Source: Asterionella formosa (lineage: Eukaryota). Taken from it: a DNA stretch of 54,025 bases. The notes under the pieces are model-generated. The model was not told where the DNA came from, made no database searches, and saw only the letters and a list, made by a program, of their open reading frames with translations. Shown in pieces: positions 13,318 through 25,900 of the stretch. The stretch is from positions 1 to 54,025 of the forward strand of contig NKIB01013658.1 in NCBI GenBank assembly GCA_002256025.1. Direction: 5' to 3'. The position numbers and the translations under genes were made by a program. The stretch's first letter is position 1; each line of letters starts with the position of its first letter.

Positions 13318-13680
13318 TTCATGTTCCTTGTCATGCATACACTTTGCTCCTGAAATGAAGGATCATTACACATGTCATGATGACGCGGAAAACGAAAGTG
13401 ATAATACAACACAATGATACTTGCGGCTTAGAAGGAGTGACCACTGAGAAGGGCGGGATCATTTGATGGTAACAAGTCAAGAGCAAGTGCCTGTCATGTT
13501 TCTTATCATGCATACACTTCCTGATATGAATGATCTCAAGCAAGAACACATGATGCGAAAAACTGAAGTGACAATACAACACAATGATACACCATGTGGC
13601 TAAGAAGGATTGAATATGATGGAGAAGGGCGGAATCAACAAGCTGTGCATAGTGTCACGGCATGTCAAGAGCAAATCATG
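13318..13680. repeat. Imperfect tandem duplication, two units of ~175-190 bp
   Basis: Both units share TCATGCATACACTT, AATACAACACAATGATAC, AGAAGGA, GAGAAGGGCGG and GTCAAGAGCAA in the same order. Confidence 0.8.
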
Positions 13681-16299
13681 CCAGGATGATCAATTGCTTG
13701 TTGGGATTACAAATACGGAATGACTCATCCCCTTTCAGTGATTCAATAGCTCCTTTTCGATTTGGTGGCTGGCCAACCATCAATGTGGACAAAAGAAAGC
13801 GGTAAGTGCTATCAGCCATCTTTGGATCAATCCACAACTGTTAGAAAAACTGACACATGTGTGTTGCTTCTTTCAGGATAATGGTAGACAAACAGTTTTT
13901 GTAAATTACAAACAGAAGTTTTGGGGCCAATTTATTGATCGATACTTTCTTTTTCGATCTTCGACTGACACATTCTTTTACAGAAATATGCATCAGTTGT
14001 TACTTCCTCAATTTGCGGTAAGTGAAGATAGAAGCGAAATGCATATTGTTGTGTAAGCAAAACATGAACAGCTAACAATGAATTGCTTCTCTTTGTTAGT
14101 ACTATGGCTGATTGGAACAACGAAACGGATTAAACATTAATCGGAAAATGCGTGAATACAAACTTAGATCCGTCAGGAGTAAATGGAACAAAGCAGGGGG
14201 GGGGGGAACAACGGCAAGGCAACTAGTGCAACAACCTTCAGAATTGGATTGGGGGAAGGTGGAAGTGAAGCCAAAGCTGAAGCACCAATCATTGCGATGA
14301 GAGCATTGTAGAAAATTCTGTACTAGCCACTCAAGATTTAGAAACATAGAACCATTCTTAAATAGCTATAGTTCTAAATTTCGATCAATTTCATCCTATT
14401 TTAGACAGTGATATCGATGATAATTACGATCATGCTAAGATACTAGATGCATGACAAAAGTATACACATCATAGGACCATGTTGAACTAATTATATTATG
14501 CAATGGTATTATAACTATAGTAGTATTATCATACTTCAAGCTCGGTAAGAGTTTACTGCATGATCATAATTATATGATACATTGATCATATTTTTGATTC
14601 AAAAACTATCATATACGTAAAAATCCTGTGCCACTTAGCGTATGATACCCTTGATTCTATATTCATGATGTTTTTATTTGCAGACGTAGTGCTTTTGTCG
14701 AGGGTTGTGTCTAAACCAACTGCTGCCATCCATCAAACCATTCCAGATACATCACAGAAAATGTTCCTGCCGTCAAAGGTAAGGAACTAGTACGATGACA
14801 ATGGAAATCTAATGAGACATGAAATTACGAAACCAGAATCACTCTGTTACTATACATTGACAGTCTCTTGCTTCTTTTTGCATATCGCCTGCTATGCTGC
14901 ATTTCAATTCTAAATGTATAATAATCTCGTTAGAGAGACGATGTAACATAGAAGTAGATTGTGCTGTTCTATAATGGATGTTGTTTAGCTATGATTGAGG
15001 TTGTAACACTGATCGACGCTCTGGTGACAGACCGGAAAAATTCGTCTTGTGTGATGAGCCATTTCGTTTTCATTGGATTTCTTGTCAAGCTCTTAACGGA
15101 TTGCATACAAACATCAAACATACTGTGCACTGTAGATGATGATTTATCGAAGACATATGATGACTTCAACGACAAATGAAGATTTTATCACTAACACTCG
15201 TCCTCTCGATATGGCTGCTTTGTCGTTGTTGCAAGAATCAGAGTGAGGACTGGAGATGATGACGAGCCAAACCACATTACTTTAGCTGGTACAACATTAT
15301 CCTACCAAGAAATTTAAATAAAGGAAGTTAAAAGAAACAATGCATATAATAATTAAGTTTCCATAGTTAAAAGGGTTACTATTTAAATTACGAGGGCATT
15401 TATCAAAATTACTTGTTGATATAACGAAAAATTATGATCAGATGATCATAATCCTATGATGCATCATAGGAATATGATGATTTTTATTTGCAGCAGACGA
15501 TGTTAAGCAAATCAATCAGCTGATTGACACCAATGGTGGTGCTTTTGGTATTGCTGGTGAGCTGTTAAAAAGGTTTAATAAAAACAAACTATAGGATGTT
15601 ATGATGAGATAGTATACTATATTTTGGGGCATCTTGACAACTGGTGGATACTATATTGGCCATTTGCCAGCTAGGCGATTTGCATTTAAAATATTGATCT
15701 CCAAACAGTCAATCTGAGAATCGCATTTCACCACAACTTTTCCATCGCTAAATCTGTACATTGAATTTCCCGTTTGTTGCTTCCCTTGTGCCTACTGACT
15801 GTTGCGTTGCTTGAAACGCCCTCCCCTGCCAACCGGTACGTTCCTTGTCTGGTTGTCGATGTCCGACTTAAAGGATATTTGACGACTTCAATCATGCCAG
15901 TTTTGTTTCAAGCAACTCAACCCATTTCTCATATCTTTGTTTTTGCTGCTTCCACAAGAAAGAGAGGAATGAAAATAAACAACTGAGTGAGATTCTGCTG
16001 GACAAAGTTGTGCAACAATGTCCGGTCTGCTGCTCGTCACCTACGGTTAGAAGATCATCATGTCTCTGTTTGCTTGCCCCATCAGCCAGGGACAACATGT
16101 AAACTTCCCTCGGCTCGTCCAAGAGGCTAGTAAATTGACGAACATTGCTATCATCCTGTGTGATGCTGCGTGACACCAAGATGGCAAGCGATCAATACAG
16201 ACGAGAGAACAAGGATGACGATGCCAGATATGTGAGCTATGTCTGAGAATAATAATATTTGGATTGTCCAGCCCCTGTACTAGCTTTACCGTCTTGTGA

Positions 16300-17300
16300 T
16301 CAGAGCAAATACAAAGAAAAAACTGACGAATTTCTTCAGCTGACATGGGAACATGCATTCTGGATAGTTGGCCGTGAAACTATCTCCACCAAGTATGGTT
16401 CAACTTCGAGCATCGGGGTTTGTTTTCCATTTAGACTTGGCTTCTGATTGTGTTTTAATTGATGATGGTGTCATTCAGGAAGCCATTTATTTCATTGCTT
16501 TTGGTTATTATTTCAGATAGCAGTCCTTTGGTGTACGCCGGTTGGAAAAATTGAAACATTTTTTGCAAGAAATATACAATTCAACTGCCTCTCCCTAGAG
16601 CGACTCAATATCAATTCGCTCCTCAAATTCTTTTACAGCAGCTGCAGTGACTCCTTTTGGTCCGCCGCCAGTCATGATTACTGGTGGAAGATGCTGGTTG
16701 GTAGTTCCTCCTCCTTCCTAGTTTTTCTTCACCTCAAAACTCTCCCACCACCAGGTAAGTCCGCTTCTATTTGTATTGCCAGTAACCTCCTGTGAATCCA
16801 ACATTGTCTCAAATTGTTCCTCCTCCTCTTCATCGACTTCAAATGTATTATGAGGATGATGCATCACCATTTCAGTTTGGGCTGGAGGTAATGATCGAGT
16901 TTGTAATGTTGCTTGGTGGGTCATATTACTGGTTTGTATAATATCTACTGCTGTCATTGTAGACAAGCAAGGTAGCCGGAAATGAATAATGAAATGGAGC
17001 ATGATTGTCTAGCATATGAAGTCTGTTTCTTGTAGTAGCAGGAACGTTAAATTCTAGTGCCATTTGTTTTGTCTTCTTCTTTTGGTATTTAAAATGATCA
17101 ATTGTTAGCCATGGAAGCATCCACTGCCGAGCAACTACTAATTTATATTTAGCTTCATAAGGCATCTTTCCACCGTTGTTTGCCTTGATTCCTTCAAGCT
17201 CTCCAATGCCATTGTTGTTCTGTTCAAGCCTGCTCCAACTCCGATTCAGATGGAGACAGCTAGTGTATAAAATTTCTTTGGATATCGAGTCGTCATTAGC
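16300..17300 (-). pseudogene. Probable pogo/Tc1-like transposase N-terminal remnant
   Basis: Broken frames read 'NNGGKMPY..LPWLTIDHFKY', 'GGGPKGVT' and 'TPMLEVEPYLVEI../QLSRMHVPMS'. These resemble N-terminal regions I recall from diatom DDE_1-type transposases. No catalytic domain seen. Confidence 0.4.
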
Positions 17301-17779
17301 TATTATCAATAATATGTGAACAGACTAACGTATTTCTGCGGAATTATGATCATACATAATCAGCAATCCTCCAAATATACCTATGATGTCAATATAGTTA
17401 GTACTTTCCAGGTTTATATATATATATGTTTTTAGGGCGCGCACTAGTGCCCCAGCCATGTGACATTGATGATCAATAAATTCATTAAATATAGAAACAA
17501 AAGACACTAAATAATTAACAAAGCATCACTAAAAAATGAAATAGCTGAAATGTGCTCTAAGTGTCAAAAATGCGTTGCTTGCTGTCTCAATAGGGTAATC
17601 TATTCATGATCTCAATAACAGCCACGAAATCTCAACCTACAAGTACTATGAACAGTGCTCCTGCATGCATGCCAAGGAACAACTTTGTCTGAAACAAAAT
17701 CAACGTATCTCTAGTATTCATCCCAAAATGTGTGATTACCCTGTTTAAGGAATGTTGCAGCCCAGGCTTAACCCTAATT

Positions 17780-18835
17780 TGGCTTGGGAAAACATCACCA
17801 GGGTTGTAAAATTGAAATGGAACAGGGAATTTGTTTCTGTGTATTCCCAGGATGCAAACAGTATATGTCGAAATATTTAAACAAAGTAGAAATTGGAGGA
17901 ACATGGATAGAGTTCCATTTCAAACAAAATGAAGACATTTGTGCTATATCTAGATTGCTCGATGTAGATACAATTTTACTCCCCACCAGAGCACGTTTAT
18001 ATATACCTCGAGCATATACTAATCATCCTATTCTATGTATTTTTGGTTCTCCTTTGAGCAGCAAAATAACATCGAACAATGGAACAATTAGTTCTGTTGC
18101 ATCTCCCCAAGTGAATGAGTCTCCTCATTAAAAAGGATCAAGAAAAAACAGATTTTGGTGCAGCATCACTGGCACCAATCCACCACTTGTTAAACAGTCA
18201 TGACGACTGGAATCCCAAATGGTACCCTGTGAAGGCAAACAAAAATGTCAATAAAGGGAAATATCAGAACATTGATGACAACAAAGAAATGTTTGATTGG
18301 CTAGTTAAAAATGCCGGAAAAAGGATGGAAGGCGAGAAACTCAGAGCATTACATCATCTATTTGACACAAAAATGAACAAGCCAATGAAAAACGCTGTTG
18401 CCAGAATTTGTCCCAAAAAAAATATTCGCTGGCTCCAGCAGCGTGTTCTATCAAGTTGCATCAGTAGCAGGACAACACATACAAGGCTCTGGTAAATACA
18501 TGTCCGATATACACTTGGAAAATTGGGGATGACAGTGGCAACCCAACAACAAACCTTTTGGAGTCAATGGCAAAAAATCGAACAAAAGAGGTGGAATACA
18601 AGAAAAGACTCACCAGGATACAGGGAAACGAAGTGAAGAAGCAATACATAGTGCATCATTCAAAACAACTAACAAGAAAAAGAACAACAAGAAAAGTAGA
18701 AAAAGTTATGAATCAGGCATAGCAATCACCTTGAATGGTGAAGGAAGTCTTGTGCCTCCTGCCATAAAGAAATACTAGGATTGTGGACTTGCCAATAATT
18801 TGAGAAGGACAAATGCACTATATATATGTCCATAC
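17780..18835 (+). pseudogene. Probable Mutator-like transposase C-terminal remnant
   Basis: 'APIHHLLNSHDDW..KWYP', 'LHHLFDTKMNKPMKNAVARICPK', then a Lys-rich stretch and a 'CGLAN..RRT...CPY' knuckle-like end. Multiple frameshifts. Confidence 0.4.
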
Positions 18836-19287
18836 GACAACAGCAACGTACCGGTAATAGCACCTCGTGTTGATGTCCTACATGAAACTACTGGTGCTGG
18901 TACTGATTCAACTGATTCATCTAATACATGTGGTTCAAGTGTGGCTGGCGTGATTTCACAAGACAAGGATACTCCAGTCAATTTGGAGCAGGTCAGCTAA
19001 TTCTTAACCAATGATCACCAGAATATGTGCAGCGACACAGGAACTTACCATGAAGTCTTTTCGAGAGAAAAATTATGCAGGCAAATATACCTACCCAGTA
19101 CAAAAGACTCCTATATCTACGAGAACATTGTCGTACATACAAATTCCGGTTCCAATATTTTGGCGACTGTTGAAAAAGCCGATCGGGTCGACTTTTTGGA
19201 GGAGGATTGCTCTACATCTACCGGCAAGGGGTTTGATGAAGATTAAAAAAGGTACCACCGGTAGCATTTAACGTCAGGAGTTAACTG

Positions 19288-19397
19288 CTGTAGAGAAGTG
19301 GTAGTTAACCCTCGCATAATTTTTTTGAAAGCTTCGTAAAAAGCCCCTTTTTTGGATAGTTACGATTCCTAGGGGCATAACTGCCACTTCTCTGCAG
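19288..19397. repeat. 20-bp imperfect inverted repeat with a 70-nt spacer
   Basis: CTGTAGAGAAGTGGTAGTTA (19288-19307) versus the reverse complement of 19378-19397, CTGCAGAGAAGTGGCAGTTA: 18/20 identical. Confidence 0.8.
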
Positions 19398-19992
19398 AAA
19401 TGAAGTCCTTATCATGTATGTATATAGATAATGTCTTTAAGTCGAGCAATGACTGTATCTAAGTATGTGCAAAGTGGTTGTCTTGGTGCAAGCTAATTTT
19501 ACCTTTAACTATTTTATTTAGTTGTATGAATGTGTTGATTGAGAAAGATCATTAAAATATTTTGGAAAGAACAGACCTCGCAGTGTGCAACTCTGGGGCC
19601 CCAACCTTTTTCGTAAATCGAGTAGCCGTTTGATGATACTTTTTCAAAAAGAATGATACCCCAGTATCCAAAATGTTTTTTAGAACGGCCCTAACGGTAA
19701 CGGTAGGCTAAGCACAGGAGTATCTCATTTATAAAGCAATACCGGCAGTATACTAGACTACCGGTACATTGCTTTGTGTATGTCTGTCCAATACCAGGGA
19801 CCACGGGCTGATATATATTAAATGATTGTTACCGGTAGTTACCCTGGTATGATGTCGTCCACACCATTCAACACGAAGTGGAAGCGCATTCAACGACAGC
19901 AGGACCACAACACCTAAAAGGAAAAGCAATCCTGCGAAGCAATTACATGAGGAAAACCGATTGCACTAGTCGATGGGTTTGAAGTGACTCGA

Positions 19993-22900
19993 ATGTCGGC
20001 TAATAAGCGGCAATCCGTCGCTAATCGGTACCTTGCAGCAATTGAATGTGGCGCAACTCCGTCACCAGGCCGCGAATTGACTCAGAATCCAATGGGGCAA
20101 ACAGGTCCTCAATCGATTACCACTACTCTTGCACCACGGGCAACTCCTCACACCTATGGAACGCCAGAGCAAGATCGTGGCGTTGGAAACTCTCCTTCGA
20201 GCAGCCGGAAGAGTCGAGCTTCAAGAACTCCGCCAAGAGATCCTGTTGATTATTCCTCTCCTCAAAAACGACAAAGTTTCTTCGCTCGTTCGTCAGCCAA
20301 TCCAAACAACGGAGATTTATCCGATGGGAGCTCGCTTACGAGTAAGCGGACATCAGACGATACCATTCTTGGTAAGCCACGACTAGATTCGTTGTCTTCC
20401 CTTGAAACAGACGATTCGAGACCGGGGACACCCACATCATTAACAGAACAACTGGGCGATGGTATTCAAAGAACGCCCTCCAAAAGTCCAAGTCATGGGT
20501 GGAGACGAAAACTTGAAGGAACCAGCTATGGGATGAAGAAGTCCCCTCCAAGGTCCTTCCTGAAGGATGCCACAGCAAAAACGTCAGGGGATTCTAGCTG
20601 GATCAAGAAGAAACCACTTTCAAATCGGCTTGCGACTTCGCCGCTTCACACTAGTCCGAAAAGAAGCCCTCGATTTAGTCCTCGCCATAGTGTGAGTACA
20701 TCAAGAAATCATGAGACCAAGCCCTTATCAGAAGAGTTGCTAAAGGATAGGCTGAACCCATCTAGCAATGCGTCGACAGCACCAACGGAAATTATGACGA
20801 ATCTATCCAGAGTGACAAATCGATCTCCAACTCAATCCGTAGCATCGACAGCGGTGACTACAAATCGTAGCAACCATTTCTTGTGCGGGACGAGCAGGGT
20901 TATCGACAAAAACGGCGACGATGAAAACGACAGCATTGAAGAAGGAGGAACTCTGCCACAACACGCCAAGGTATCGACCATTCCGATCGCATCAGAAAGC
21001 ATGGTGACTCGAGCGTGGCCGCTGCCTCGCCAAAATTCAGGGACCAATAGACCAAGGAATCTGCCACTGGTGGTGCAACAGCGAGTGGAAATTGAAAGCA
21101 TTTTAAGCTGCACTTCAACTGAAGTAAGTAACGTTCGAGGAACAACACCATCACCGGTGCAAACTCGTTCTGTTGGGAAACTTGGTCGTTATGTCGGGAA
21201 TGATAATTTCAAAGATACGAGCTCATCATCAAAAGCGAGCAATGCCTCTTTCCATACCAAGAGCATAACATCGTCAGTTGGGGTTGAAACAGGCGGACAA
21301 AGCTTCGACAAAGGCCCTCCTGGATTGCAGAAAATGTTGCATGCTCCGAGACTGCCAATAACAAAAGAAACTATTGCAGTGGGAAGCACTACGAATGAAA
21401 AATTAGTAATACCACATTATTTGCTTGGTACACGGGAAGAAGATTTCGAAAATTCTGCGCCAGAAAGAGAACTCCTTTCTCTTAACACTTCAGCGGGCCT
21501 TATGTATCGTTCAGAAAGCGGTGGTCAATTCCAGCCAAACAGACATTCGCCGCGCTATCGCATTCCAGATTCACCATTATTTCCTTCGTCTCACCCTTCA
21601 GAAACTGAGGCAAAGCTTCTTCCAAAACTTTCACAGGAAAAGGATTCCAGTCACTGCAACAATCCGTTTGTTGTGCGATATTCTTCGATTCAAAAACAGG
21701 AAAAAACAAACGACAATAGGATACTTGAACCAGATGTTCCTCAGTCACCGGACTCGAGCGGTTGGACTCCTGTGGCACTTTCGTCGAGTGGAGTGGAAGT
21801 CGACGACTTTTTCCAGAATAATCCTGAAAAGGCACAACCAAATGGTTTGGGGAAATCTAGGGTAATTGTTCCTCTTTTTTCTCCAGATCGACTGGATTTG
21901 GGGCACTCACCTCTCCGGACGTGGTCCACTAAGGATGCAGCCAAATTAGTTCCCAAGATAGATCCACCTTCCATCAGACGCGTAACGTCTACAAATATTG
22001 CCACCCGAAACAGTCCTTTGTCCGAGATGTTAGACTCTAGAGCAGAACATTCAGCGAGAGACACCATTGAAATGACGGAAGTTACTACTGGAGAAACTAT
22101 AAGAACACCAGATCCTCACCCAATTCCACGCCAATCATTGACCTTTATGCTGACTCGCAATCGAGCTCGGGATCTGATCAACCGTCGACGAGAAGAACGT
22201 CAACACAACACTTCCGTTGAAAAGCATTTGCTATTTTATGAACCTTCACCGGATGGAAACGGAGAACTAGTCAAAGATGAAACGTTGTTTATCTCCAGGG
22301 AATCGATTTCACCTGATCGCAAGCTTGAACCAAAGGATTTAGAAAGGCAAGTAGTTGTCCGGCCACTGATGGGGTCCGAACCGGCAAGGGAAGTGGCGAA
22401 AACACCGTTTTCTTCGCATTCTAAGACAATTGATTATCGAATAAAATTGTTCAGTGAGGATAAGGGTCTAAATCGTAATCCCATTGCTGCTCACGAACCA
22501 AGAAGTGCTCCTTCATTCATGGCACGTCGTGACTTGTTGCCGAAGGGTACATTGAGTATTGCACAGTCGCTGTCGCAAGTGGCATATTCGCCTTCGTCCT
22601 TGGGGGACAAAGATAGTAACTCTAGAACTTTTCCGAAAGTCATGAACCCACAGAACAGTGGAACAAGCGAAACATTTAGCATCCCCAAGGAATCGGATCT
22701 TGAGGAAGTGCCTGAGAAGAAAGCCAGAAAGCTGCCAACAAATCTTGCTGACAGGTTCCTGTCGGCGGTGGCAGAGCATAAGAAAGAACAAGATACACTC
22801 ATCAGTGCGAACTCAGAGAAATTCAAGGGAAGTCTGGTGAGAACAGAAGAACAGGAATATAACAGGGCTGTATGCAATTTAAGCTCAAACAATGTATCGA

Positions 22901-25900
22901 CTCATGCCCTCATCAGCGATACTTCACCTTTTCGTGGTGATAAATCTCCAAGCAATCTAATTCTCATGGGAGCGCATTTAGCATCAAGAGCAGATGCATT
23001 CTCATCGCCTTGGACTGCCGACCAGTATCACGATGATGAGGGAACACCGAGCGTTGATGTTCAGAGTATCCGTTCAATATTTGAGGGATCCCTTTCTTCA
23101 AAAGTAGACATCGACGATGATGATGCGACAATTGATAGTTTGGACGTCAAAAGCCTTAGGTCGATTTTTGAAATGGGAGGCGAGGGGGATGCACGAGGTT
23201 GTGAGACGGTTGAGCCCGTAGGTGGCGTAAAAAAGATGCTCGCAATGTTTGAAGCACCGAAACCTGCCACAGCCTCACCTAAGTCGTTCTCTGGCAATAA
23301 CAATGTCAAGGAAGCATTTGCTAAATTTGAAGTCCATAAAATGAAGAAGTCCGCATCGAAGGAATTGCTGACTCGTCGTTTATCACATGTTCCAGCTTCA
23401 ATTTATAGTGCTCTTAATCAGGCTTCTGATGCACCTGAGCAGGGCCCAGGACTTCCTGCTGATTCCACATCTATCAAAATGCTGCCGACTGGTCAAGCCG
23501 AGCCTGTCGCTCAAGAGCTAAAATTTTCTCCCAAAGAAGCTTCACCGACCACATTATCGTCTAGAATACGAACGGTGAAGTCTGTCACCCCAACTTTAGG
23601 GTCCCGGCAGGAACAATCTATCAATAAAAACTTGTCTGTTCCATTCGTTGGACGGAAAGGGCAGCTTCAAAAAACCCTAGACATCAACAACATCAATAAA
23701 GAGCTGGACACACGCAACCAGAATGAGTCACAGAATTGTTCGCCAATTTTGAATAAAAGGAGTAGCTGGCAGTCTCCAAGTATCAACATTATATCAGGGA
23801 CTCCACCGAGCATGAAAAAAGCTGTTTCTAATATGTCCTACGTAGCCGCAACACCAACGAGTACAGAGAAATCTGTTTCCACAGCCTCGTTGGTTGCGGA
23901 TGTCCGTCGCAAATGGATGGAAGCTACCTCACCTGCTACTGTACCAGCTCCCATAATTCTAGACTCTGGAAATATCACATATGAGCTGGGCGAAACCAAA
24001 TTTGGCCACAACGGTACTCACAAAGTAGAAAACAATGCGAAGAATCACACAGGGGAGGTCACCGAGTCTCAGGAGGAGTTGGCGAGTCCAAAAAGAATAT
24101 CAGTCGCAGAGCGCGTTCGAGCTTTGAAAGCACGACAGAGTCCTTCCGCGGCAAGCCCAGTAAAATCGCCTAAAAATTTATCGTTTGGTTCGTCGCCAGG
24201 ATGTATGTCATCAGAAACAACTAATACCACCACAACTACTACAAAGGCGCTGGCCCGCTTTAATTCTTCCATCTTAGCCGCTTCAACGATTTATCCTGAT
24301 CATCCAACACTCCCTATTGAGTCATTTTCTCCACCCTGTCATGTCATGTCTCCGCAGTTAAAAGATAAAGTCACTGCGCAAGTGGACACAAAGCAGATAG
24401 GAACTGCAGCACTGACTAATGGAACTGAAACCCATGCAACAACTGCTACAGACGCGGAGGAGCCGATACATGTGAAATCTCTTGTTACTCACCCGGTGGC
24501 TTCGTCGGCTTCATCTGAAAAGAATCAAGAACTTTTATCTGTGCGAGATAAAATTCTCGCCTTCTCAGCGTCTCAGGAGCCTTTCTCCCAGGAGTCAATA
24601 TTTGCAGAACGAAATAGAGTGTCTCCTAGTACAAGCGATTCAAAGAACAAGTCTTCCTTTTCGAGCCAATTTGTGGTTTCAACGCAGACACCACGAAACC
24701 AAATCAGAAATTTAGTTGCTGACGACCTACAGAACTCGAACCATAGGAATCAGTTCAAGCCCGTCAATGGTCAGCGACAAAACCCGAGTTCCTCTTTAGA
24801 AACGAGAGCATCTCTCATCACTAAGAAGCCTTTAAAAGGAGAATCTTCCGGCTTTCCTTTAGACTCAACGAGTAGGACAGACAGCGAAGGTTTTGATGAT
24901 GGCGTTACACTGGACCTCTCAATTGCGGACGTATCTCAGTTAACAAACCCGACCTGTCTGCAAAGTAAGGAAGACCCAAATGATTATTCGATCAATGATG
25001 ACGATGATTCGAGCGACAGGAGCTTGTCGGGTCAAAGGACAAATAAGCTTGAAATTGACGGACGTGGGCCGTCGGAGGCTTCGTCGAGCCAAACCTCGGA
25101 GGCGGCAGCGCCACTGATTGCACGAACAATGAAAAGATTTGCCCATTCGGATGACGGGTCATCAAAGAGCATGGATAGAGCCCACAAATGGGAACCAATA
25201 ATCCCTGTTATTGACGAGACGAGCGACTCAACGTGGCAAGGATATCCTAGACAAGGAATGATGACCACATCTCGCGTTCCACAGGAAACGCATGTTAATG
25301 ATCCGGGGATGGAGGAAAAGAAGCCGATGGATGAAGCAGCTTGGGATCTACGCAATATCACTTCCAGCTTTCCATCGAATTCGCCTAGTTCTTCTGATTT
25401 TGAGATCGACCCATTTGAGGTAAAACCACAGCCCGCTCGACATCAAATTAGAAATGGAGGACCCGCAAGCGAAATTCCGAGATGGAAGCCATTTTTTCAC
25501 GGTGATTTCTCCCCACCAAAGGTAGTCCCTCAGCCGATAGTAGATTCCGGAGTTTCTATTGGTTCACCAAAGGAGCAAATCCCTCTCCTTGTTCACCCTG
25601 CACGATTGCCAACACGAGTGGGGTCAGCTTTTTCGGGTTCGTCTCAAAATCCACGCCGACTTCGAAGTCCACCAGCTCCTATTTCAACAAGCTACAGGTC
25701 AAGGTCTGTAGGCGCAAGCTCAAGCCCCAATGAAGACTCCGCGGCGACCCTACAACGAGCTGGCCACAGATCAAGCCCCACATTTGCAGAAAACGATGCC
25801 AAAAGTCATACACAGACCAATGGGACCGCAGAATTGATTACGGAGCGAAACATGGCGTCGGCATCCCTGTTTAGTAGAACGCACCCTAAACGAGACGAAT

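Noticed and set aside
17433..19692. TAGGGC...GCCCTA as possible TIRs of the Mutator-like element
   Set aside because: Only 6 bp of complementarity and no TSD seen.
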